Origin: an uncultured Candidatus Saccharibacteria bacterium
GTDB lineage: Bacteria > Patescibacteriota > Dojkabacteria > J137
DNA length: 64,000 nucleotides
NCBI GenBank assembly: GCA_965230975.1
Contig: OZ246402.1
Coordinates: 379,819 to 443,818 of the forward strand
Direction of reading: 5' to 3'
Notes under the pieces: generated by a model
Told to the model about the DNA's origin: nothing
The model's database searches: none
What the model saw: the letters and a program-made list of their open reading frames with translations, nothing else
Shown: one piece after another, positions 30,144 to 40,414 of the stretch
How the letters are laid out: the number at the start of each line of letters is the position of its first letter
Position numbering within the stretch: the first letter of the stretch is position 1
Made by a program: the position numbers and the translations under genes

Positions 30144-30842
30144 ATGAATATATTTAAAAAGTGGGCTTTAAAATCATCAAGAAAAAATGCTGAAAAGTAT
30201 TTTAATAAAACGCCTAAAGATAGAACATTAGAAGATTATTCAAGAATTTTTGGAGCAGATATATTAAATAACCTTATTAAAAGCTTAACAACAGAATCTG
30301 TAGTATTAGATTTAGGTGCAGGCGAGGGTAGAGCTGTTCATCAATTACGACTTTTAGGCTTTAAAACCGTTTTAGGGCTAGATATGTTTGCAACTAATCA
30401 ACCTTTAATTGTTGGAGACTTTTCAAATTTGCCTTTAAAACCACAAAGTATTGATGCCATAATTTCTTGTAGTGCAATGGGCTTTTATGCAAATACTCGA
30501 AAAGAGCTCTTAAAACAGTTTGAAGAGGTTAAGAGGGTTTTAAAACCTGGCGGATTATTGTTAGCTGTATTTTCTGCATCTTTAGATCAATCAACAAAAG
30601 ATTTGGTTGCGCAAAGAAATGGAAAGCTAGTTTTTAGGGAGCAGTATCAAATTGATATAAATAACAATCCAAATGCTTATAAATTTGAGCTTTGGAAGTA
30701 CAATGGTTCTCAAGATAAACCAAAGACAGATGATTCTAATACTGTTTTTATAAGGCTTGAAGAGATTGAAAAAGTGGGTTTTAATGTTAAGGCAATTAGT
30801 TATAATTATGGGTTGGTGAGTGTGTTGTTTATAGTGAGCTAA
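30144..30842 (+). CDS. Class I SAM-dependent methyltransferase
   Basis: 232 aa. VLDLGAGEGRAV (motif I) and LKPGGLLL (post II). Confidence 0.7.
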   Translation: MNIFKKWALKSSRKNAEKYFNKTPKDRTLEDYSRIFGADILNNLIKSLTTESVVLDLGAGEGRAVHQLRLLGFKTVLGLDMFATNQPLIVGDFSNLPLKPQSIDAIISCSAMGFYANTRKELLKQFEEVKRVLKPGGLLLAVFSASLDQSTKDLVAQRNGKLVFREQYQIDINNNPNAYKFELWKYNGSQDKPKTDDSNTVFIRLEEIEKVGFNVKAISYNYGLVSVLFIVS

Positions 30843-30886
30843 TATTAACTTTATATTTATTATTATCTAAAAAATTCTTTAATCAT

Positions 30887-31600
30887 ATGGATCTACAAGC
30901 CAGACCCGAATCAATTAGTTTTAACTTACAAGGTATTCTTGATTATCGAAGAGGCTGGACTATATATCAGCCAAATCAAGATTTAGTAGGATTAGGGAAA
31001 CTTAAAACTGAAGATCGTGAGCTAGCAGATAGGTTTATAGATAGTACAAAATCTTTTTTACATCCGGATTATGCTTCAGAATCAGATAAAGTACGACAAG
31101 TTGAAAGAAGAACTTTTAAAATTCACTTAAAACTACCCTTGGAAAAAAAATCCCAAGTTTTGGAATTGCTAAAATCAAAGGCATTTGAACTAGGTTGTCC
31201 CACTTTTAAAGTTTACGAGGACTCTACTGAAATCAAAGATGCGAGATCAAATCCGACTGACCCTATAGCCAGCATGGTCTTTTATTTTGAGGGCGCCGGA
31301 GATAAATCTCCATCAGAAATTGCCAAGGCTTCAGTGGAATTTGCCAAGCGTTTGTCAGATGCACTGAAGGATATAACTAAAGATATTTATGCTCAGCCAA
31401 TCCCAAGATTCAGTTTTTCACTTCCATTTGCTGACCACTATATGAGCTTAACCCAAGGAGATGCGGATTTTAAATTAAGATGTTTTTGGCCTCCGATTTC
31501 ACAACCAAGTGACACCAATCCTTTTAAGAGTGATTCAAACAATGCTTTCTTTAAAGAGGACAATGAATCTATTTTAAGAATAATTGACAATGCTGTATGA
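30887..31600 (+). CDS. Hypothetical protein (237 aa)
   Basis: ORF whose stop overlaps the next gene's start (ATGA). Confidence 0.4.
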   Translation: MDLQARPESISFNLQGILDYRRGWTIYQPNQDLVGLGKLKTEDRELADRFIDSTKSFLHPDYASESDKVRQVERRTFKIHLKLPLEKKSQVLELLKSKAFELGCPTFKVYEDSTEIKDARSNPTDPIASMVFYFEGAGDKSPSEIAKASVEFAKRLSDALKDITKDIYAQPIPRFSFSLPFADHYMSLTQGDADFKLRCFWPPISQPSDTNPFKSDSNNAFFKEDNESILRIIDNAV

Positions 31601-31947
31601 ACAATCCAAGAATTTACACAATGACTTTTGCAAGTGTTTACCCTCTTTATATTAAAAAGGTAGAAAAGAAGGGTAGAACTAAAGCCGAAGTAGATCAGGT
31701 TATTACATGGCTTACAGGATATAGTGAATCAGAACTTAGAGATCAAATTAATAAACAAAGCACTTTTGAGCAATTTTTTGCCCAAGCTCCTAAAATGAAT
31801 CCTAATAGATCTTTAATTACAGGTCTTATTTGCGGAATAAGGTTAGAAGATATTCAAGAACCTTTAATGAAAGAGATAAGATATTTAGACAAGCTTATTG
31901 ATGAATTGGCAAGAGGAAAAGTGATGGAAAAGATTTTGAGAAAATAA
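31597..31947 (+). CDS. DUF2200 family protein
   Basis: 116 aa. [37 protein letters not shown] matches the conserved N-terminal block of DUF2200 proteins. Confidence 0.55.
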   Translation: MNNPRIYTMTFASVYPLYIKKVEKKGRTKAEVDQVITWLTGYSESELRDQINKQSTFEQFFAQAPKMNPNRSLITGLICGIRLEDIQEPLMKEIRYLDKLIDELARGKVMEKILRK

Positions 31948-32919
31948 TTAAGTGTTTATATTTACTTCGGGATAATAGTGGGGTAAAGATAAATCTTGTG
32001 TAAAAAGATCACCTACCTCTGAAGGAAAACTCATAAAGTCAGATTTATTATGGATGCTTCTAGTCAATGTTGTACCATTCATATATTTGAAAATAGTATC
32101 TTGCACATTAGATTGATCTAAAGGCTCTTGTTCTCGCTGTGTCAAATACCACGTATATATTGCTCTAACACTAAAAAAACTTCTTATCTCGGGTATATCA
32201 CCTATAAGCTCGTATAGTGATTTTACCTTTTGTATTCTAGATATGGTGATTTTCTGATTGTAACTTTCTCTAAGTGTAAGTATTCTTTTACACGAAGTAT
32301 CTGTTGCTCCAGCCAAATATATTTTTGTTATAAACTTATGCTTTGCATGCCGTAAGAGTATTCCTAGTTCTGTAGTTAATTGCCCCCCTTTATAAGCACA
32401 ATCATCAATAACTCTCACCTCTTCATCATTAAATTCTAAAGAGTCTGATTTGCTATATTTTAGAATTTTTACAATTATTCCCCTTTTTCTGGCTTCTTTT
32501 AAGACTAATCTAAGCATGTACTGATTGCTATTAAAGGACTTGTTGCTTTGAATGTTAAATTCTTCACCTGATTGCATTGCATCATAAATATAAAATGTAA
32601 CATGATCACCTTTTTTTAGGCCTTCTAATGCAACTTCAGCTGTTTGCATAAGTGTTTGTTCATCTATAAAGGAGATTTTGCTGATTAAAGCAGATTGCAG
32701 TGTTTCGACTGCTTGCATATTTATAGTAGGCTTATCATCTAAAAAATATGTTGATATGAAAGTCTGAATTTCTCTAAGTGTTAGAGGGTTGTTAACTCTT
32801 TTGTCTTGCATTATTTCTTGCAAGTTATTATAAATCTCAAGGCATTTATTCACCAACGCTTCGGTCATATTGTCAATATTATGTTCGGGGATTTTAAAAT
32901 CCAAGGGTTGGTAAATCAT
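31948..32919 (-). CDS. Hypothetical protein with phosphoribosyltransferase-like (PRT) motif
   Basis: 323 aa. VRVIDDCAYKGGQLTT resembles the PRTase PRPP-binding loop (hydrophobic-hydrophobic-DD-hydrophobic-x-x-G-x-T). Confidence 0.4.
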   Translation of the reverse strand: MIYQPLDFKIPEHNIDNMTEALVNKCLEIYNNLQEIMQDKRVNNPLTLREIQTFISTYFLDDKPTINMQAVETLQSALISKISFIDEQTLMQTAEVALEGLKKGDHVTFYIYDAMQSGEEFNIQSNKSFNSNQYMLRLVLKEARKRGIIVKILKYSKSDSLEFNDEEVRVIDDCAYKGGQLTTELGILLRHAKHKFITKIYLAGATDTSCKRILTLRESYNQKITISRIQKVKSLYELIGDIPEIRSFFSVRAIYTWYLTQREQEPLDQSNVQDTIFKYMNGTTLTRSIHNKSDFMSFPSEVGDLFTQDLSLPHYYPEVNINT

Positions 32920-32993
32920 AAATCTAATATTTCAGTTATATTAGTATATTACATATTTAAGGAAAAAAAGTGCTTTTTAAGGATTTTAGCTAA

Positions 32994-33078
32994 TGCAGAC
33001 GACAGGACTCGAACCTGCACCCCATTAACTGGGACTAACACCTCAAGCTAGCGCGTATACCAATTCCGCCACGTCTGC
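32994..33078 (-). tRNA. tRNA-Leu (anticodon GAG)
   Basis: GCAGACG acceptor stem, D-arm GCGG/AAUUGGUAUA, anticodon stem CUAGC/GUUAG with loop UUGAGGU, long variable arm, T-loop GGUUCGAGUCC. CCA not encoded. Confidence 0.85.
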
Positions 33079-33304
33079 ACCTTCAATTGTATAAAAACAT
33101 CACTTCTTATAATAATTATGCAATTCTCCCGACGTGTCGGGACTAAGATCTTTCAATTCTCGTTACCCTCGAATGAAATCTCTTGAGCGCCACGTCTGCA
33201 TAAAAATTTGAAGTATGCAATTATACTTTAAAAATTCAATTTATTACTAACAGTAATAGCAAAATTTAAAAATTTACGTTAAAATACATAGCTTCCAAAG
33301 AACT

Positions 33305-33381
33305 GGAGCGGTAGCTCAACTGGTTAGAGCATTCGCCTGTCACGCGAAAGGTTGCGAGTTCGAATCTCGTCCGTTCCGCCA
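33305..33381 (+). tRNA. tRNA-Asp (anticodon GUC)
   Basis: GGAGCGG acceptor stem, GCUC/AACUGGUUA/GAGC D-arm, anticodon loop CUGUCAC, T-loop GUUCGAAUC. Discriminator G and CCA encoded. Confidence 0.9.
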
Positions 33382-33447
33382 ATAAAACAAATTCCTCTTT
33401 TCTAATACAAAACTCATGTTAAAATCTTCGCATTTAAATTTAATTAC

Positions 33448-34521
33448 ATGGGAGATTTAGAACAAGGATCTAATGAAACAGAAAATACTAGCTATAGGTT
33501 CAGGGCATATTTTAATGACAAGCTAGATAATTTTAGGGCACAAGTAGATGGCTTGATAGTAGACTATAACTCCCAAAATTTTGATTTAAACGAAAAGGGT
33601 CTAATCTTATTAAGAATAATCGAAATTTTCAGAAAAGACTACTTTCAAATACTTGCAGAAGTTCAAGAAATGTTGCCACAGGTAGAATCAGATAAAGACA
33701 GCTTAATCGATCCAGAAATAATAGATGACATTAGAATTTCCCCAAACAACTTTAAAGAAATAGAATTAGAATACTTAGCTAGTAAGTTAAATATTACTCA
33801 ATCAGACTTTGACACTATTAAAAATCAAATGCTTGGGTATTTAGATTCTGAATTAGCAGATTTAGAGACTAAATTGAATGCTACTCGCAATGCAAAAGCA
33901 GCAGCACTCCATTCAGGGGTTAAACTTACCTATAGAGTTTATCAGTATAGCAGAGAAGAGAAAAAAGTCTTTTACGCTACTCAACAAAAACTAAAAAGGC
34001 ATCGAGATATAATAGAAAGAGCAATTAAGAAAAATACGTTTAAAGAGATTATTGTTGAGCCCAACGAGTTGAATTTTTTTGACAAAAAGAATTTACTAAA
34101 CATTCTGTTTACACGAACACTTGAAATTTCTAGAAATGATGCAAAATTTCCGAGCATATCAAATTATTTAGCATATATTGCTTTAGTAATAATAATGATA
34201 GAGGGTCTTCAAAACCTTAACTTACCAGATATAAATAAAGATGTAGTTTTAATAGATGCTATAGAGACTATTATTTCTGTAATTCTTTTAGAGATTAGCT
34301 TTTTAGAAGTTAAACGTTGGGTGGAGTATAGAAAATTTAAAAGAGATTTAAAGAGCAATTTAAATGCACAAATTCAATCTTTAGTTAAAGAAGATGAAAA
34401 GCAAAAGATTCAACCTGCTCTGGATGCTATAGATCATTTATTAGATGAATCTACAGAAGATCTGTCTAGAATAGAATTGGATGATGATGGAGAATTGACT
34501 GAGGGTGGAAGGGAACAATAA
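33448..34521 (+). CDS. Hypothetical protein (357 aa) with C-terminal hydrophobic segments
   Basis: ORF with an acidic C-terminus and no motif. Confidence 0.4.
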   Translation: MGDLEQGSNETENTSYRFRAYFNDKLDNFRAQVDGLIVDYNSQNFDLNEKGLILLRIIEIFRKDYFQILAEVQEMLPQVESDKDSLIDPEIIDDIRISPNNFKEIELEYLASKLNITQSDFDTIKNQMLGYLDSELADLETKLNATRNAKAAALHSGVKLTYRVYQYSREEKKVFYATQQKLKRHRDIIERAIKKNTFKEIIVEPNELNFFDKKNLLNILFTRTLEISRNDAKFPSISNYLAYIALVIIMIEGLQNLNLPDINKDVVLIDAIETIISVILLEISFLEVKRWVEYRKFKRDLKSNLNAQIQSLVKEDEKQKIQPALDAIDHLLDESTEDLSRIELDDDGELTEGGREQ

Positions 34522-34539
34522 TCAAGTTTTATTAAAAAA

Positions 34540-35559
34540 TCACGTTTCTTTCAAGTATTTTTCAATTTTCTCGCAAATACTACCTGTATAATGATAAAGT
34601 TGTCTTAAAGTGTAGCCGGTCTCTCGCTCAATAGATAGTAAAGATTTATACCTACCTCTTTGGTCCATTTGTAAAACTTGATTAAAAACAATAATTTCAT
34701 TTTCAGATAATAAATTTGTAAAACTTGAAGATTCTATAATAGGATTTTCTAGGTTAACAAAAGTATTTACAATAACAGAATGTCTTTCTGTTAATGGCTC
34801 ATTTTGATCATCTAATAGAGTATCTTGTGAGTACGGATTTTCTATTTTATACAAAATCTTTTTTATTTCTGCAGATAATCTAGACTGCCTAGTTTCTAAT
34901 ATTTGAGCAATTGAAGTTAAAGTTGCATATTCACCATTTTGCATTCTTGATTTCAAAAGCTCATTAACTATACTTTCTTGAAATGGAGTAAGCTGCCAAT
35001 CTTGTGGAATAGAATTTAAAGAATTAAGTAGTTTTAATAGTTTTTGATGAGGATTATCTGAAATTTCATCTTTTTTAGTAATAGAAAAGTTAAATTTCTT
35101 TGCAATACTTTCCAACCATCTTTTAGATGACTGAGGCGTTATTTCTAGCATATTGGCAATTTCGTAATAGCTAGTAAAAGTACCACTTAAATATAAATCT
35201 TTAACAAAGAGTAAAAGAAATACTTGATCTATTAGCTCTAAGTTTGTAAATGGAATATTTTTTACTTGTAAAACGTAAGTAGCCAAAAGATAGCTTGGTG
35301 TCTGATAACCATTGTATAATTGAACGATTTGCCTAGAATTAGAATAGTTTAATGTTCCAATTTCAAAATTTTCTTTAAACTTTTTTATTATTCTTAGTAT
35401 CAAAAATTTAATAGCATAAGGATGATACGTTTTTAACCATACAATAATTTCAAGAGTTAAGGGTATTTCAAGTACTAGAATTTCGCGTAGGTTGTATTCC
35501 TTAATAGTGTTCTCTCCAAAAGTTTCAAGCAAGAGTCTTTGCTGGTTATTAGCAGTCAT
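34540..35559 (-). CDS. Hypothetical HTH-containing protein (sigma region-4-like repeats?)
   Basis: 339 aa. Two segments (ATLTSIAQILETRQSRLSAEIKKIL and SLLSIERETGYTLRQLYHY) resemble region-4-type HTH. Confidence 0.35.
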   Translation of the reverse strand: MTANNQQRLLLETFGENTIKEYNLREILVLEIPLTLEIIVWLKTYHPYAIKFLILRIIKKFKENFEIGTLNYSNSRQIVQLYNGYQTPSYLLATYVLQVKNIPFTNLELIDQVFLLLFVKDLYLSGTFTSYYEIANMLEITPQSSKRWLESIAKKFNFSITKKDEISDNPHQKLLKLLNSLNSIPQDWQLTPFQESIVNELLKSRMQNGEYATLTSIAQILETRQSRLSAEIKKILYKIENPYSQDTLLDDQNEPLTERHSVIVNTFVNLENPIIESSSFTNLLSENEIIVFNQVLQMDQRGRYKSLLSIERETGYTLRQLYHYTGSICEKIEKYLKET

Positions 35560-35669
35560 TTTTTTATGAATCAGTTTTTAATTGCGTGATTATATTAATA
35601 GACTTGATTTTTAGCAACATTAACAAAAACTTAAATGACAAAATGTTTTTTCTATAATAGAATTGATGT

Positions 35670-35945
35670 ATGCCAAGATACAAAAAACTATTTAAAGATA
35701 TGTTAGAACAAAATTCTGAATTATTTACAGAATTTGAATCTTTACATAATGCCAAACCTAGAGATGTTAAAGAATTTAACAGAGTAGGTGAGCAGGTTAT
35801 GGATTTAATAAGACAGTACATTGATGATTTGTGCAGAACTTCGGAAGGCTCCGGTTATGGTTCTACTACTCAAAACTTAAGCGACAAATTTATGAACGAA
35901 GTACGTTCAAAATTCCCCGATATAGATGATGTAGGTATTGAATAA
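35670..35945 (+). CDS. Hypothetical small protein
   Basis: 91 aa ORF. Confidence 0.3.
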   Translation: MPRYKKLFKDMLEQNSELFTEFESLHNAKPRDVKEFNRVGEQVMDLIRQYIDDLCRTSEGSGYGSTTQNLSDKFMNEVRSKFPDIDDVGIE

Positions 35946-36006
35946 ATATAAAATACTGACAGAAATAAACAATAAGTGTTAGAATCCCCTCAATAAAAAG
36001 ATTTAT

Positions 36007-36933
36007 ATGCAACCTCAACTTGCGATTAATTGGGAAATACCCGAAGACTTTAAAGACACATGTTTAAAATATAATCCAAGTTGGGGTAAGGAAAGAATTG
36101 AACTAGAGTTAACTTACCTTGAATTAATAAAAGCATATAAATTAAATTTAGAACTATATAATTCTACGGGAATAGCAAGTTATCAAAGACTTTCAGAAGA
36201 AAATCTTACTACAATACTTAACTTATTAGAGAGGTATATAAAAGGTGTAATTGTCAAAAGTCTACCAAAGGGTATTTGTTTAGCGTCGGTTGAAGATGAA
36301 TTGCTCAGCATAGCAAATACAATAACAGTTAAGTATATTCAGGAAAAATATAAACCTCCAGTCCCATTCACTTCATACATAGCAAAACCTATAAGAGCTT
36401 ATTTTAACCTATATTTTAGGCAGGTCACTAAAGAGGATATGCATATTTCCTATGAAGATGGCGAATTAGAAATATATTCAATTTTTGAAGATCCAGCATA
36501 TGTTTATGAGGAAAAAAACACATTTGAGACAATTTTAGAAATTTTTTTAGAAAAATATTCTCCGAATATAACTAGAATATCGGTAATACTAATAGAATTG
36601 GGCTATGATTTTGAATTTGTAATGCGAAAGCTTAAAGAAAAGTACTTTGAACTTTTACAAAAGATTGTGGATAGCTCAAAAACTAGTGTAGCAGAAAGAG
36701 AGTTGTTAGTTAGTTCACTATTATTTTGTATTCAATCTATTGATAACTATTTACTTTCTTATAACACTTTTAAGCAAGAGATGAATATCAAAGGTATTAT
36801 TGTTAATAATTTAACCTTCTCAATGCTTGCTGAAATCTTCTCGGAAAATCCTCATAATATTAGATACTATATCCGAAATGGGAAGACCTTTGTTAAATCT
36901 TATTTCCAAGATTTAGAACAATCAGAAATTTAA
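36007..36933 (+). CDS. Divergent sigma-70-family-like protein (putative)
   Basis: 308 aa. PFTSYIAKPIRAYFNLYFRQ resembles sigma region 2.2-2.3 (FSTYAtwWIRqaI). Confidence 0.35.
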   Translation: MQPQLAINWEIPEDFKDTCLKYNPSWGKERIELELTYLELIKAYKLNLELYNSTGIASYQRLSEENLTTILNLLERYIKGVIVKSLPKGICLASVEDELLSIANTITVKYIQEKYKPPVPFTSYIAKPIRAYFNLYFRQVTKEDMHISYEDGELEIYSIFEDPAYVYEEKNTFETILEIFLEKYSPNITRISVILIELGYDFEFVMRKLKEKYFELLQKIVDSSKTSVAERELLVSSLLFCIQSIDNYLLSYNTFKQEMNIKGIIVNNLTFSMLAEIFSENPHNIRYYIRNGKTFVKSYFQDLEQSEI

Positions 36934-36939
36934 ACGTCC

Positions 36940-36974
36940 TTGACGTACACCTGGGGGGGAGGTATAGTATAGTC
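36940..36974 (+). promoter_or_regulatory. Sigma-70-like promoter overlapping a CsoR-type operator
   Basis: TTGACG-17 bp-TATAGT. The spacer holds the G7-centred pseudo-palindrome ACCTGGGGGGGAGGT, typical of CsoR operators. The csoR ATG lies 7 nt after the -10, so the mRNA may be leaderless or very short-leadered. Confidence 0.5.
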
Positions 36975-37244
36975 ATGACAGATCACGAACATCACCAAAA
37001 TAAACAAAAAGCAGCTATTGCAGTAAAAAAAGCTAGTGGATTAACTACAAAAATAAATACTTTAATAGACCAAGATGAATATTGCCCAAATATAATTCAG
37101 CAAATAGATGCAGCTATAGGATTGTTGCAAGCTTCTAAAAAAACTTTGTTAAAAGGACACCTAAACCATTGTTTAGAAGAGAATTTAAAAAAAGATAAAA
37201 TAAAAGCAGTTGAAGAATTAGTGAAAATTTTTGATTTAAAATAA
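36975..37244 (+). CDS. csoR: CsoR/RcnR-family copper-sensing repressor
   Basis: 89 aa. The C-x(n)-H-x3-C metal-ligand triad (YCPNI...HLNHC) on the DUF156 fold. Leads the cop operon. Confidence 0.8.
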   Translation: MTDHEHHQNKQKAAIAVKKASGLTTKINTLIDQDEYCPNIIQQIDAAIGLLQASKKTLLKGHLNHCLEENLKKDKIKAVEELVKIFDLK

Positions 37245-37249
37245 AAAAT

Positions 37250-37687
37250 ATGACTATTAAAAAAAGTACGCTAAAAAATATAGCTTTAGCTACAAGTGCA
37301 ATTTTTTTTGGAGTAGCACTTTTAGTATTCCTAACATCAAACAAACCTATTTCAGGAGGTGTAAATAACCAAAACTCAACAGCAAATACAAACACTACAA
37401 CGGCTCAAATAGTAGATGGCAAACAAATTGCAGAAATAACGGCAAATTTTAATGGATACCAACCAGCAGTTTTAGAATTAAAGGCAGGAATACCAACAAC
37501 CTTAAAAGTAACTTCTGTAAATAATTTTGGATGTGGGTCTGCATTAAGAGTCCCAAAGCTTGGAATATCTGCAAATTTACCAATAAACGGAGTAAATGAA
37601 ATCGATTTAGGAACACAATCATCTGGAACAACTTTGGATGTAATGTGTTCTATGGGAATGTATAGAATGAAACTTAAATTTGTTTAA
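37250..37687 (+). CDS. Secreted/anchored small protein of the cop operon (possible cupredoxin-like Cu-binding protein)
   Basis: 145 aa. Signal/anchor, FGCGSAL...CSMGMY Cys/Met motifs. Sits between csoR and copZ. Confidence 0.4.
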   Translation: MTIKKSTLKNIALATSAIFFGVALLVFLTSNKPISGGVNNQNSTANTNTTTAQIVDGKQIAEITANFNGYQPAVLELKAGIPTTLKVTSVNNFGCGSALRVPKLGISANLPINGVNEIDLGTQSSGTTLDVMCSMGMYRMKLKFV

Positions 37688-37695
37688 TAAATAAC

Positions 37696-37932
37696 ATGAC
37701 TTATCAAATAACAGTACCACAAATAAAGTGCAATGGGTGCACATCTTTAATAACATTAACATTAGAAGATACTTTCGAAAATATAGAATCTAGTGTAGAA
37801 AACAAAACAGTAAAGTTTGAAAGTGATTTGAGAGAAGAAGATATAAAATTAAAACTAGATAAGCTATTCGAAGAACTTGAAGGTAATCAACATAAATACC
37901 ATTATACAGATTTAATTGTTTTGAATTCGTAA
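37696..37932 (+). CDS. copZ: Copper chaperone CopZ-like (HMA domain, CNGC variant)
   Basis: 78 aa. ITVPQIKCNGCTSLI fits the HMA ferredoxin-like fold with a CxxC metal site. Confidence 0.65.
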   Translation: MTYQITVPQIKCNGCTSLITLTLEDTFENIESSVENKTVKFESDLREEDIKLKLDKLFEELEGNQHKYHYTDLIVLNS

Positions 37933-37978
37933 ACAGATAATTACCAAATAATTAACGATAAGTTATTATATTTATTCC

Positions 37979-40336
37979 ATGCAAAAGACAACAATCCCAG
38001 TCAAAGGAATGCATTGTGCAAGTTGTGCATTAACAATAGAAAAAACGTTGAAAAAAGTAGATGGGGTTCAGGTTTGCGAGGTAAATTACGGGACAGAAAA
38101 GTTAAAAATTGAGTTTGATCCTAAAAAGACAGATTTAAAAACTTTAAATAGCAATATTGAACCCTTAGGATATAGTATTGATTCTGAAGTTGTAAGTCAA
38201 TCTTCACAATCACTTTCGCATACTATGCCCAATGGAACCGTAATGAAAGCATTGGAGCATGGAGTTCATGGAATGGATCATTCAGAGCATTTAGGTTTAA
38301 ATCAATTAAAAGAATCAAAGTTAAAAGAGCTTGAAGAACAAAAACAAAAGATTAGACTAATTTTACCAATTACATTGCTAACCTTTATATTAATGATGTG
38401 GGAGATTGGTTCAATGAGCTTCAGTTGGGTGCCCATGTTTTTAATTCCAAAAGAGATTTATTCAGCTGGGTCATTTTTGTTAGCAACATTAACTCTTTTT
38501 TGGATAGGAAAACCTTTTTTAAAAAGGGTTTTAACTTTTATTAAATATAGGGTTGCAAACATGGATACCTTGGTAGGAATTGGGACTTTAACTGCATATA
38601 TTTACAGCACAATTATTTACCTGCTTCCATCTGTTAGAAATTTATTAAATATCTCCGATTTTACATATTTTGATGTAACAATTGTTGTTATTGGCTTTAT
38701 AACATTTGGAAAATATTTAGAAGCTAGATCTAAATTAAAAACCGGCGAAGCAATTGAGAAATTAATTGGTTTGCAAGCAAAAACAGCATTGGTAGAAAGG
38801 GATGGAAAAGAATTAGAGGTTGCAATAGAAAATGTTGGAATTAATGAGGTCGTTATAGTAAAACCAGGTGGGAAAATCCCTGTAGATGGAGTAATTATTG
38901 AGGGTAAATCTAGTGTAGATGAGTCTATGATTACCGGAGAACCAATCCCCGTAGATAAAAATATTGAAGATACAGTAATTGGCGGAACAATAAATAAACA
39001 GGGTGCTTTTAAATTTAGGGCAACAAAAGTAGGCTCAGAAACGTTATTGGCAAACATAATAAAAATGGTAGAGGAGGCGCAAGGGTCACGAGCTCCAATT
39101 CAAAGACTAGCAGACCAAATTTCAGGTGTGTTTGTTCCGGTTGTATTGGTTTTAGCGGTTTTAAGTTTGATTGGCTGGGTTTTGATTGGGTCTCAGTATA
39201 TGCCGTTAAACCAGGCGTTTTCTTTTGGCATAGTTAATTTTGTGGGTGTTTTGGTTATTGCCTGCCCTTGCGCCTTAGGGTTAGCTACTCCTACTGCAAT
39301 AATTGTTGGGACTGGTAAAGGAGCAGAAAATGGGATTTTAATTAAAGATGCAGAAAGTTTAGAAAAACTGCATAAAGTAAATACTATTGTTACAGATAAA
39401 ACAGGAACTATTACAAACGGGAAGCCAGTTGTAACAGATATAATCGTAATAAAGTCCGAGAAATCATTCAACGACTCTAAAGCTTTGCAAATTTTAGCTT
39501 CGCTAGAAAAGAATTCGGAGCATCCATTGTCACTAGCTATCTTGGATAAAGCTAATGAGAGTGGGCTAGAACTTTCAAAAGTTGAAGACTTTGAAACAAT
39601 TTCAGGCAAAGGTTTAATGGGTAAGATTGATGGAGAAATTTATTACGCTGGTAACTTAAGGTTATTGGAAGATTTAAAAATTAATTTAAATGTTTCTCAA
39701 CTGGATACCTTATTAAACTCTGGAAAAACTCCAGTATTATTAGCTACAAAAAAGGAATTATTAGCAATTATTGGAATTGCAGATACATTAAAAGATAACG
39801 CAAAAGATACTGTGGCAAAACTTCACAAACTTGGAATTAAAGTGGTAATGCTTACGGGTGACAATCGAAAAACAGCAAATTATATTGCTAAACAAGTTGG
39901 AATAGATACTGTAATTGCAGAAGTTTTGCCACAAGAAAAGAGTATAAAAATCAAAGAGCTTCAAAAAGAGGGGCGATTTGTAGCTATGGTTGGGGATGGT
40001 GTTAATGATGCGCCCGCCTTGGCACAAGCAGATGTTGGTATTGCAATGGGAACAGGAACAGATGTTGCAATTGAATCTGCATCTATAACATTGTTAAAAG
40101 GTGATTTTTCTAAAGTTCTTAAATCAATAAGGTTGTCTAAATTTACTATGAGAGCTATAAAGCAAAATCTATTTTGGGCCTTTATATATAATGTTATTGG
40201 AATACCAGTTGCAATGGGTTTACTGTATCCACTCTTGGGAATATTACTAAACCCAGCAGTGGCCGGCGCTGCAATGGGATTTAGTAGCGTGTCGGTTGTT
40301 TTAAATTCTTTAAGACTAAAACTAACAAAGATATAA
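37979..40336 (+). CDS. copA: Copper-translocating P1B-type ATPase
   Basis: 785 aa. N-terminal HMA (GMHCASCA), CPC in TM6 ([10 protein letters not shown]), [17 protein letters not shown]. Confidence 0.92.
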   Translation: MQKTTIPVKGMHCASCALTIEKTLKKVDGVQVCEVNYGTEKLKIEFDPKKTDLKTLNSNIEPLGYSIDSEVVSQSSQSLSHTMPNGTVMKALEHGVHGMDHSEHLGLNQLKESKLKELEEQKQKIRLILPITLLTFILMMWEIGSMSFSWVPMFLIPKEIYSAGSFLLATLTLFWIGKPFLKRVLTFIKYRVANMDTLVGIGTLTAYIYSTIIYLLPSVRNLLNISDFTYFDVTIVVIGFITFGKYLEARSKLKTGEAIEKLIGLQAKTALVERDGKELEVAIENVGINEVVIVKPGGKIPVDGVIIEGKSSVDESMITGEPIPVDKNIEDTVIGGTINKQGAFKFRATKVGSETLLANIIKMVEEAQGSRAPIQRLADQISGVFVPVVLVLAVLSLIGWVLIGSQYMPLNQAFSFGIVNFVGVLVIACPCALGLATPTAIIVGTGKGAENGILIKDAESLEKLHKVNTIVTDKTGTITNGKPVVTDIIVIKSEKSFNDSKALQILASLEKNSEHPLSLAILDKANESGLELSKVEDFETISGKGLMGKIDGEIYYAGNLRLLEDLKINLNVSQLDTLLNSGKTPVLLATKKELLAIIGIADTLKDNAKDTVAKLHKLGIKVVMLTGDNRKTANYIAKQVGIDTVIAEVLPQEKSIKIKELQKEGRFVAMVGDGVNDAPALAQADVGIAMGTGTDVAIESASITLLKGDFSKVLKSIRLSKFTMRAIKQNLFWAFIYNVIGIPVAMGLLYPLLGILLNPAVAGAAMGFSSVSVVLNSLRLKLTKI

Positions 40337-40414
40337 ATTCTCAATATTTTTGTTTGAGCCTATGCAATAACCTCATTATCAAAAAAAAAGACTTACAACT
40401 TAAAACTAAAAAAC

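Noticed and set aside
33107-33200. Possible second tRNA next to tRNA-Leu(GAG)
   Set aside because: Shares only the 13-nt 5' fragment. No D/anticodon/T-arm can be folded. Kept only as a repeat observation.
38617-40344. Minus-strand ORFs (79-146 aa) antisense to copA
   Set aside because: Embedded in a confidently identified P-type ATPase gene. No motifs.
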